Below the pieces are notes generated by a model that saw only the letters and a list, made by a program, of their open reading frames with translations, searched no databases and was not told the origin of the DNA. Positions 39,345 through 49,699 of a DNA stretch of 52,763 nt are shown piece by piece. Source of the DNA: Basidiobolus meristosporus CBS 931.73 (lineage: Eukaryota; Fungi; Basidiobolomycota); assembly GCA_002104905.1 (NCBI GenBank), contig MCFE01000615.1, positions 1 through 52,763 on the forward strand, given 5' to 3'. Each line of letters begins with the position of its first letter. Position 1 is the first letter of the stretch. The position numbers and the translations under genes were made by a program.

Positions 39345-41409
39345 TATATCACTGTCAAGCCTGGATAGCTACCTGTATCCATTGCTGGATATATTTGTAT
39401 GTTATCCAGCAGAACACTAGTATGTGACCATCAAGTTAAAGCTCATATTATGCTCTACATTTAGATACCCCAGCATCAGCTAAATAGCTGGCTTTTCTGG
39501 GCACAATTGGCAGTATTGCTGGCAAATGTGTGGGATCTAGGGAATTTTCCCCATAACTTATACACAATACTATTGTCTGAACACCAACACCAAGAACATC
39601 ATCTTCCCACAGAGAGAACATGCAGAAGTCTGCATGCAATTGCAGCAAAGTTGGCAAGCTATAAGCCATTGGCCAGAGTATGGAATAAACTGGAAACTGA
39701 ATATACTTAAGATAGAGGGTATCTGTAGGAGCAAAAGCTTTCTACTAGGAGCAATGCACTTGCTTTTAAACAATATCCCTATACTGATGGCTAAGTCATA
39801 CATGGGGCATTTCAAGCTAAATGAGCCCTTTGAGATACTAGAGAAATTTGAAAGAATTGGCAAGATATTGCAGAGTATCCACTACCATAAGTACTTCTCA
39901 CAGGGTCCAATCAATATTCATATGCATATGCAACTATACAAATGCAAAAACTGGATGAACTGGATGTGTACTTATTTTAGTGGCATTCTGAAGCCATTCC
40001 TACCAAGAGTACATTGGAAGCATTGGGAGTCATATGTGGATGTTTTAGGAATATTTATCCAGAAGTGGATCACCAATGCCAACTTGCACATCTACAGCTG
40101 CTGTTCAAGGAGTTTGTAACAGGACTTGAGCAGCTATACTACAAGCATAAAGCTGAGCATGTAGATCTCTGCTGCTACTGTATCCATTCACTACTCCATC
40201 TTGCTTGGTGTGTGGAGAGTATTGGTCCTTGCTTCATCTTGTGGGAGTTTCCTATGGAGCAGATGTGTGGGGAGAAAGGAAGACCAGTCAAGTTGCAGGT
40301 ACTACCATATCCCAATCTCATCAAGAATATTACTTTCAAGTCCATGATGGATGTGATGAGTTGGTACATGGAGAACAGTCAGGAAGAGTTGGAAAATACT
40401 GAGGACAGATGTGCACATGGAGACACCTATGCCTATGGAATCAAGAAGCTAAGCAGCCCCAATGCACTGGTAATCAGTGAAGTAATGCAAAGCTGGGTTG
40501 AGTGCAACAAGCAACTGATTTTTATTAGGAAAGCTCTACCATAGTATGCCAGGTTTCTCTTGGTGACAAGCCAACTTCTACACCATTCAATACAGAATTT
40601 GCACAAACAAGAGCCAGAGCATACCTATAAGGGGGACTAGAGTCCAGCAGGGAGAAGGAATATATTGGCTAAATACCAAAAAGTTCTTTGCAGATATTCA
40701 GGAGGTATTCATAGCAGAAGTGGTGGCAACCAAGCATGTGTTTGCAAGATGTATATGTTACCAGCAGTGCAAGGTATATGACAACTTTGCAATTACCACT
40801 CTAAAAAGCTGTAAAGTTGAGGTGATAAAAGTATGTCAGTTGTGGCAGGTGTGCATATTTGTAGAGGTTAGTAAGCAGGAGGCCATAGTTTTGTTTATTT
40901 GAACTATATGTGGAATGCCCAAGATAGTAGTGGGTAAGCTAATAAAGTATTCTAGAGTGAAATATATGAATTACACAAGGGGAGGTAGAAAAAGGAAATA
41001 CCATTTGGTAACTTGGTATGGTATCATTGTACAGAACTAGCTGTAAGCTGCAATACTGCCATGATAATGCCATCAAAGACTTGCAATGAGGCTGTCAAAA
41101 CACTGTCAAGTTTTTTGTCATATAAAGCAACTGCATGTACTGGCTGGTTAGATCCATTTAAAATAGTTGTAGAGTGCATTAAGACCACAACTATGCCACA
41201 CAATTATTGCTACAGCACCAATTAAACTTTGTCAAGTTTTTTAACTTTATTTGGCAGTAAAATTAGCCAAACACTGTTGAGATCCCATCATAAGATTGTT
41301 AAGAGAGTCACTAATTCCAAGCTGCTGGTATTATGACAGTCTCCAAGCTGGATCCTGACAGCTGATCTGGATTGGATCCAGCCATGGGACCAAATTATTT
41401 TTCATAGGG
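39345..41409 (+). mobile_element. CACTA copy F, 3' half with intact right TIR
   Basis: Transposase remnants (HSLLHLAWCVESIGPCFILWEFPME). Ends CAAATTATTTTTCATAGGG, identical to the end of copy A. Confidence 0.88.
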
Positions 41410-41437
41410 TTCCAATATCTCCAAGACTCTTGCAACA

Positions 41438-42296
41438 GTGTATTGATGATCACATAAGATATACTTGGGACTGCTGCATGGAGAGAAAGGAAGAAGCTCT
41501 ATCTATATGCTGGGAGTTTAAAGCCATGGCAAAGATAGAAACTGGGGAAAAAAATCTAGAAAATGCACTCTGACAATGGTGGCAAATGTACCTCAGTACT
41601 TTCCATCCACTTCTGCTAAATTCATGGGATAATGCAGGAGACTGCTCTACCATACTCCCCACAGCAAAAAGAAGTGTTGGAACATGCAAACAGATCAATG
41701 GTTAACATGGCAAGATCTATGATCCCTGATCCAACATTATCCTATGAACTCTGGGCAGAATCAGTTCCTACATCTGTGTAACCTAGAAATAGAAGATATG
41801 GCAGAATACTTTGTGATTCTACCCTATTTGTGGCACAGTATGGATATAAACCAACTGCAGAGCACCTAAAAACATCTGGTTGCACAGCATATGCCAAGAA
41901 ACTGCTTGAAATAATTCAAATTTTGTGCCAAAAAGTGTAATGCACATATTCTTGTATTACAAAAACTGGAGTAAGGCATACAGACTCTATTAAGCCAAAG
42001 CAAAGAAGCTGGTCAAGTCCAGGGATGTGCTGTTTGGCAACAATTCAATCTCAAGTCTGCCAGTAGTGTGGACTGAATCTGAGCTAAAACAAAAGCTTGT
42101 TCACTCCACACAACTCCACAACTGTGCTTCAGCCTGAATTAGTGTATACAAATATGCCAGAAGTGGTCATTCCAGTATCCTAAGGCAAAAGATCTAACTA
42201 GATTAGAAATAGCCCAACTTACTATATTGATGAGGGTTCAAACTTGGCCTATGCTTATCCAGTCCATATTAATGTGCCCTAGACAGTAAAAGCAGC
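41438..42296 (+). pseudogene. Second Ty1/copia integrase fragment
   Basis: IDDHIRYTW...FKAMAKIETG, then a PYSPQQ-like region. Collinear with 37000-37770. Preceded by a 28-bp LTR tail at 41410-41437. Confidence 0.8.
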
Positions 42297-42605
42297 CCTA
42301 AATACTCACCTAACTTAGTCACTTATGGCATTACCTACCAGCTCTAACCAAATCCCTTGGCAGAATTTGCTTGGAATATTCTCACCAAAACATCAAATTT
42401 CTGAGAGTTGTCCAAACCACCCCAAACTTTGCACACATATTTGTTAGACCTTTCTAAGCATATTTTATGGGTTTATTTTGCCAAACTATGTAGAAGTATA
42501 ACTACTACCTTTGCATTCAATAAATCATTAAGTGAAAACCACATAGTCTGCTTGTTCTTCAAATCACTTCCAATCAACTCCAATATCTCCAAAACTCTAA
42601 CAACA
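42297..42605 (+). repeat. 5'-truncated LTR, TGTTGTAA..TTACAACA family
   Basis: Shares CACCTAACTTAGTCAC, AGTTGTCCAAA and CCAATATCTCC blocks and ends CAACA. Confidence 0.78.
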
Positions 42606-43585
42606 ATTCTAATAAAAATTCTTATATAGATCCCAACTAACACCTTGAGTGGGCTGTAGCAAAGCTCATAAGCCTCAATCCAAATGACTGAGTGAATAGA
42701 GTATTTATGATTGAGTGCAAAATTCACAACACAAAGTTTGTGGGTTCCCTGGAGGTGGTTGTATAAGTTTGATAGCATCAAGGGCTACCAGTTTAAAGAG
42801 TTAAGTGTTAGTTTATGAGCTGGCTCTAATGACCACAGTTCATATTCCATATTTCACCCTAGCATAGAATCTGGTTTATTGCCACCAAGAGTAAATGTTA
42901 TGTATTCCACCAAGTAATTGGAATAGCCACCTTTGACTCAATGGCCTAAACACCGGCCAGCTCCAGGTCCTGCTTGCATTATATGGCACGAATGCTAATA
43001 CAAAACAAGATAGATCAATATTTCATACAGAGCTGTAAGACAAGTTGCCCACCGTAGCAATTTCCAAGCAATTCGAATTACTTAACAACCGTGCAGAGGT
43101 ACGTTCTATGGGACGAACTCATATGATGCTAATGTATTATGAAAACCACCATTCCAGAAGAGTATTCATCAGGGATATTAGTACACAGGGGTGCTGTTTT
43201 TTGGGATTTTGTGTCTATTCCAATCGATGCCATTTGAGCCAAGCGCTTGGGCCTTTTCGCGCATTCAAGTTGGTAACCTCAGTACCATAGCCTGTGCGAT
43301 TGATAATAGCAAGTGACTTCTAGTGTAGGCAATCCTGGTTTAGCCATTTAATGATATCATAAATTTATATAAATATGGACAGTATAGCCGATATATGTAA
43401 GTTAGATGAGATTCCTTGGAAGCCAATAGCATGGTTGAGCGCTAATTTAAATTCACATGTTAAATCAACATTACCAGAGTTTCCATCTCTTCAAGGGACC
43501 ACTCCCTTTTGGTTGTCTATTATCAACACAACACACCACACCACACCGCAGCCCAACGATCGTCTCCTCCCAGAACACCCACCAA

Positions 43586-44338
43586 ATGCCAGTTAGTGAG
43601 CCGCGAAAACTTACGGTGTGGTTTGTCCGCCACGGGGAGCGCACGGATTTCGTCGACCCGAACTGGAGATATACCACCACCACTCCATACGACCCCCCTT
43701 TAACCGAGCTAGGAGCCAAACAAGCGACCAAGACCGGCTACTACTTACGAGATCTTGCCCAGGAAAATTTCGACTCTTTCGTGAGGCCACATAGTAAAAC
43801 ACGGTACCTCCTCTACGCCTCACCTTTCCTGCGCTGCATTCAAACGGCGGAGGGGATCATACGTGGCATCGGGACCAGCCGTTACTCGGAAATCGTGGGC
43901 GGGATCCGACTGGAGCCTGCTCTATCGGAATGGATGAGCGAGGAGTATTTCACGGAGCAGATTCCGGACTCCCTCATCTCCTCCTGTAAGGAGGCTTGCC
44001 TCGTCAACCGGGTTCCGTTGGAACTCGCTTACAAACCTCAGCTCAATCACCTGCCGGAGTTCCCTGAAACCCTGGACCAGTTGGCAGCAAGGTTCCGGGA
44101 CTTTTTGGAGCGCACGGTGCAGCAGCTTGAACAAGATACCCCTGAAAACGAGCCCTTCCCCACGGTGATTCTAGTGACGCACGGAGCAGGAGTCAACTCC
44201 TTGTTGGAGGCCTGCTTCAAAGAACGCACTCTAGTGGAGGTAAACTATTGTAGTCTGTCCAGGGCGCACTTGAATCTGAAAAAGAAGGAGGAAGGCTGGC
44301 TCGTGGACAAGCAGGCCACGACCATCCATTTGAGATGA
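43586..44338 (+). CDS. Histidine phosphatase / phosphoglycerate mutase-like protein (250 aa, intronless)
   Basis: WFVRHGER catalytic motif, SPFLRCIQTA, LVTHG. First in-frame ATG close to the domain is at 43586. Confidence 0.9.
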   Translation: MPVSEPRKLTVWFVRHGERTDFVDPNWRYTTTTPYDPPLTELGAKQATKTGYYLRDLAQENFDSFVRPHSKTRYLLYASPFLRCIQTAEGIIRGIGTSRYSEIVGGIRLEPALSEWMSEEYFTEQIPDSLISSCKEACLVNRVPLELAYKPQLNHLPEFPETLDQLAARFRDFLERTVQQLEQDTPENEPFPTVILVTHGAGVNSLLEACFKERTLVEVNYCSLSRAHLNLKKKEEGWLVDKQATTIHLR

Positions 44339-44553
44339 AGCTCGGCCGGGAGCGAACCTTTTTCTGTACTATTACCTCGACCACCCTTGATCCCACCCAC
44401 ATGTATGTTTTAATGCCAATATATAAAAGGTTTGCCAAACGAAGGTTTATTTGAAGGAAAGGCGGGATGCGGGAGATGAAGATGAATATACTACAGAAAA
44501 GGTGCCAACAGGCGACGAAACATCGCTGGCTTGGTTGATGCTACTTACACAAC

Positions 44554-45418
44554 TCAATTCTTCTTCTCCGCCAATTTCTTCTCAAGCTTCTCGAACTCTT
44601 GTTGGGCAATCTTCTCCTCTTCATCCAGCACCTGTTCGACTGCGGTCACCTCTGGGATGTAGTGCATGAGCATATTCTCGATTCCATTCTTGAGTGTGAT
44701 GACACTCGAATCGCACGTACGACAGGCTCCCTTGAGCTTCAACTTCACCACACCATCATCGAACCCGCGGTACTCGATATCGCCGCCGTCCTCCTGGATG
44801 GAGGGTCTTATACGGGTGTCCAACAGCTCCTTGATCATTTGAACCGCCTCCGAATCGTCCGGTAGGATAGTGGTATCTGAAAGGGCGTTTTGGTCATATA
44901 GGATCGGTTCCCCAGAATCCACGAAGTCGGTGATGGAGCCGTAGATGTCGGGCTTCATGAGCTGCCAAGGGGTGTCGGTATCTTTGGTAATGGTGATGAA
45001 ATCGGGGCCGAAGAACACACTTCTTACGCCCTCGATGTTGAGCAATTTCTTGGCCAGTCCGGAGTTCATGGCGTCCCGGAAATTCAAGAACTCCGCAGTC
45101 CCTTGCTCCCCCATCACGGGAACCCCAGGAATGAACTTGAGGGAATCTTGGTTGGGCGTTACTTCGGTTTGAATGAACAGGGTACGAGCTAGATTCGGTG
45201 TAGAGGTTGAGTTTCCTTGCACAGGTTGCGAGAAGTATTGTGGAAGATCTACCTTGGTTGAAGCTACCGAGCTGCTTGCTTCCCAGAATTCTGCTCTGGA
45301 AGGGAGTTACGTTGCTCTGGTTCGTCAGCGCCGTGAAGGCACGGCTGGTGGGTCTTAGGCTAGCCCTGTACGTCGAGACTGCCTTGAAATTGCTAAATAA
45401 ACCTCTAGCGAAAGACAT
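44554..45418 (-). CDS. NFU1: Mitochondrial Fe-S cluster scaffold NFU1 (266 aa); exons 45418-45253 and 45188-44554
   Basis: Arg/Ser-rich presequence, FIQTEVTPN N-terminal domain, IRPSIQEDGGD and GACRTC motif. A 64-bp GT..AG intron with CTCAAC branch site restores the frame. Confidence 0.93.
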
Positions 45419-45712
45419 GATTGCTACTTCAAAAGAGTCGGTATGGAGGGGAAAAGTAACCAACGTGTATATCCAACACCTGTCCAGCCCGGCCAATTTT
45501 AAATGAAGGGACAAAAATTTCTTTAGGCATACATTACAAATATATCCCGAAGTAGGTCACACGAGCTCCGCAATATTCTCCCCCCCCCCCAATCCATTAC
45601 TTCAGGATCAGTGAAATCACCGTGTGTGAGATGTCAGACTTTAAACACGTGGATTTATTAATGCTACCTGCGAAAGTGCCATTCAGCGGGAATTGTACAT
45701 TTACATTCTATT

Positions 45713-47107
45713 CTACTCAAAGACAATCTTCTTTCCTTCGAAAGGAACCGGTGCTTCGGACTTTTTGGGTGGCGGTAAATGGCTGGTGCTCTTTTGTGGC
45801 TGTTCTCTCCTTCTTCTTCTACGTGGCTTGAGATCGTCCCCTGCATCGTTCTTTTGATAGCGCTGGAATCCACCCTCCTCGCCGTTTCTACGATAGCCTC
45901 TGTAGTGACCTTCGCCCCCTTCTTGGCTCTCACCCTCACCCTCACCTTCGCCATCCTCACCCTCACCATACCTTCTTGGTTTTTTATCATGCAGCCAGGG
46001 AGCACCACGCTTGGTGGCTTCGGCCGATCCATACTCTATTCTGAGCTTTCTGCCATCCAGCCACTGCTTGGATCTGTCGTTGATGGCTTTGGTAGCACTT
46101 TCGGCTTCTTCAAAATCGACATATGCGAATCTAACCACGAGCGAAAGTCAATACCTCTCCTGGAACATCACCGTAGAAAGCCGAGACTTACCCTTTGCAT
46201 TTGCCGGAATCCTCAAAGGTCGCCAGTCTTACCTTGATGATCTTGCCACAATCCTCGAAAAGAGACTTGATACCGTCTCTAGTGGTGTTGAATGAAAGAT
46301 TGCCAAGGAAAAGAGTGGGGCTAGGCTCGTGCTTTTGCTTTTGCTTGGATGCTTTCAGGGACGACTCGGTGGTTGGGAAGGTAGAAGGTCTACCAGTTTT
46401 GGCGAAATCTTGCGAGTTCTTGATAAGGACTTGCCGGCCGTCTAGTTCTTGCTCACTCAAGGTAATGGCAGCCTCGACCTCTTCAGCGCAGGTGAAATCC
46501 ACATAAGCAAAACTATCAGTTGATAAGGTTAGGATACCCAGCGCCAAACACTCTCGTATATAGTATATTGGTAATACCCTCTGTTGCCATTGTTCCCCAT
46601 GGGGAGGTGTACGCGAGTGATTTCTCCGCAAGTAGAGAAGAACTTATGGAGACTTCCTCTAGTGGTTTTGAAGGAGAGATTTCCAATCCAGACACCATGT
46701 TTAGATCTTTCCTTATCTTTTGCGGGCTTTTCCTCCGCCTTCTTCTTCTTCTTCTTTGGTGGTTGGGTATCAGGGTCGTCTTCAAGCTCACGTTCTGATT
46801 CAGACTCTGACTCCGACTCTGACTCCGATTCAGAGTCGGATTCGGAGTCAGCTTTCTCGGCTTCCGCACTTTCCTCCTTCTCCTCCTCTTTCTCCTCTTC
46901 TTCCTCGACATTCTTTTTTCTCTTCTTCGATTTGTCCTTCTTCTCCTTCTTTTCCTTCTTCTCTTTCTTCTCCTTTTTCTCCTTCTTCTCCTTCTTGGCC
47001 TTCTTCTTCTTTGGCGGTGCTACCGGGACATCCTCGTGCCACTTGGCGAAATCGTAAGTGTCATCTTCGACAGCCTCCGGCGTTTTGGTCTTTCCCTCGA
47101 TACTCAT
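45713..47107 (-). CDS. NOP13: Nucleolar two-RRM RNA-binding protein, Nop13/Rnp24-like (422 aa); exons 47107-46578, 46512-46192, 46130-45713
   Basis: Lys- and acid-rich N-terminus, RNP2 VWIGNL and LFLGNL, RNP1 RGFAYVDF and KGFAYVDF formed after splicing 65- and 61-bp introns. C-terminal GKKIVF. The symbol is by resemblance only. Confidence 0.85.
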
Positions 47108-47858
47108 GGTTTCCTAGGAACAACAAGTCACCGTGCGAGAGATGAATGCAACCATCCGGTGGTTTTTTTCTTTTTTTTCGTGGGTTTTCCTAATCCGAAC
47201 ATGCTGAGGAATCCGGGCCAAATTATTATGGGATAAGGTGTTACGGAACAAGCTCGTGACCGTGACCGTGACTGTAAACCTTCCATCCCCATCTCCTCCC
47301 CTAACCCTGGTCCTCATCGTCAGCCTGACCAACGACATAATACATACGCCAAAACTTGTTTCATCTCCCAAAATCCCAATGGCCTATTGTGTTCCAAAGA
47401 ATCCCTCATACCTCTGGCTCACCACCATATAGCATCATAATGCCAGGTCAAAAGAATGATGCAGCCATTGAGTAGAACAATCAACGCTGGCCAGAATCCA
47501 TTTACTGCTGGGATTGCATAGATTGTTCCTGGAGCGAAATCTCCATTTTAAGAATTGCAAACGGTACCGTTTGATCTCTCATTTGTAATTCGCTTCCAAA
47601 TATATATCGTGCTTAATTATCGCCAGTGATCTTAATGAACTAAATGTACTACTGTAACTTAGTTTCTAATCTGTCTCTCTGCCTTTGTGTCACCTTTTGA
47701 GCCCTGCCCTTATTTATAAGCGTGGCCCGTTTAAGAAACCAAGCGCTGGTTTTCCTAGAATCCAGGTTGTCTGCCCGCTACTTCCCTGATACCTGCTTCC
47801 CCACTCTCCCCATCGACTGTCATTCCACATAGAAGCGTTGAACAGCCTTGAACTGTGT

Positions 47859-49438
47859 ATGATGACCCTAGTTTCGCCACCGTGTCCGGCACTTGTTATT
47901 CAGGACCTGCCGAACGAGATATTGGTCCATATTTTCCAACTGTTCCGTTCGCGTAACACTCACCTTTCCTGTCTTCTGGTGTGTAGGAGATGGCACGATT
48001 TGTGTGTGGAACACGTTTGGCACAGACTATCCTTCTCCTCTCTAACCGGCTTCCTCCAGATGTCGGAGGTGCTCCGACCCCCGTATTCCAACTACGTGCG
48101 TCGGATCAACCTGTCCCTTCTTGGCGGGGAGCTTGCAGGTGAGGAGGCCATTGCCAAGCTGTCTTTATGCAACCGGGTGGAGAAAGTGTCTTTCGGGGGG
48201 TGCAAAAGTATCCCCAGTCCCCTGGTCACCCAACTCGTACAGCAGTGGCCCAATTTGCTGAGCATCGATCTGAGCGAGCTGGTGCTCGACAATCAGTGTC
48301 TTTTGGCGCTGTCGGCGTGTTGTCGACAACTGCAATCTCTGAACATCAGTGGGTCCCAGAATGTCGAGGACGAGGCGTTGCTTAGCTTTAGGGAGCACCT
48401 GGGTATTAAAAGGGTACGTTCTCACCAGTTCGCAGTTCCACGCCTAACCCCAATATTATTCAATGGAGCATTAATGGATCTCTATGTTGTTAGCTGAAAT
48501 GTGCTGGTTGCTTGCGACTGGGCGACGCTTCCGTGCAAATGATTTCCTCTTTTAGGGGTCTGACTGAGCTGGATCTGGCTCAGTGTGGAGAGGTGACGGA
48601 TGCCTCCGTCAGCCAGATACTGGAGCATTGCATAACGCTTCGTGAGCTGAGGTTGGCTGCCTGCGTGCGGATTACCGATCTTTCTTTCGCAAGGATCCAC
48701 CCCGACTTCAACCAACTTCGGATCTTGGATCTGACCTCATGCTCCCAGATTACCGACGCCACCATCGGCAATCTAATCCAGCGATGCCCACGGTTACGCC
48801 ACCTCGTACTAGCGAAATGTGTCAACCTGACCGACGAGGCCATCTCCCACATCGCCAAGCTTGGAAAGCAACTCCACAACCTGGTCCTGGGACATTGTGC
48901 GCGGATCACTGACAAGGGGGTGGCCACCCTTACGCGCCACTGCACCAGGATACGTTACTTGGATCTTGCTTGCTGCAACCAGTTAACGGACGCCTCCATG
49001 TACGAGTTGGGAACGTTGCCGAAGCTTCGGAGAGTCGGTCTGGTCAAGTGTGCCAGCATCACTGACCGGGGGATCTATGGATTCATGTGTGGGATAGTGG
49101 CGTGTCAATCGTTGGAGCGACTGCATCTGTCGTACTGCGTTCAAATCACCGTACCGGGCATCCTGAGATTGCTGAACATCACGCCGCAGCTAACCCATAT
49201 CACCCTGACCGGGATCCCCGCCTTTCTACGGGCCGACCTACAGAAGTTCTCCCGCGCCCCGCCGAAGGACTTTTCCATCACCCAGCTGCCGATGTTCTGC
49301 GTGTTTAGTGGGGATGGGGTGCGGGCGATACGGGACTACATCGAGTCCTTGCCGATAGCGGCGCGAACCACTTACCACGGGGATGGACCACTCTCGATGA
49401 GACAGCTATGGGAGCTACTGAATTTGAGATTTGAGTAA
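47859..49438 (+). CDS. GRR1: SCF F-box/leucine-rich-repeat protein, Grr1-like (~499 aa); exons 47859-48413 and 48494-49438
   Basis: F-box LPNEILVHIF...VCRRW, tandem LRRs, GLVKC..ITD, SLERLHLSYC, LTGIPAFLR and FCVFSGDGV blocks. 80-bp GTACGT..TAG intron. The start codon is not certain. Confidence 0.88.
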
Positions 49439-49699
49439 TGTTAAGCATCCACTAGAGCCGTGAATGATTGTATTATTTAGCACCTTCCCCTGCCTACCAC
49501 CACCACTACCACCCCCTGTATCCTATAGCAAACCTAGTTTGGGCAAGCCTCCGCACCCGCTATCTCTTGATGCTGCCTCGCCCCTTATTTTGTACACAAT
49601 CGAGATTATCAAGTTGAAAAGCCCATTATCAGTGTTTATTGACATGGCATGAATAGATGGTATGGCTGCGATAACATGGTGTAGCGGAGTCGTATGTAC

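Noticed and set aside
1-42950. Classical CpA-targeted RIP
   Set aside because: A few CA-to-TA changes exist, but CA/TG remain abundant and the visible deficit is CpG. It cannot be claimed without computed indices.
43045-43596. Short ORFs or an RNA gene between the TE block and the PGM-like gene
   Set aside because: No recognisable domain, tRNA cloverleaf or rRNA similarity.
46516-47145. Arg/Lys-rich and Ser/Phe-rich ORFs overlapping the RRM gene
   Set aside because: Alternative-frame and antisense shadows of low-complexity Lys/Glu/Ser-Asp codons.
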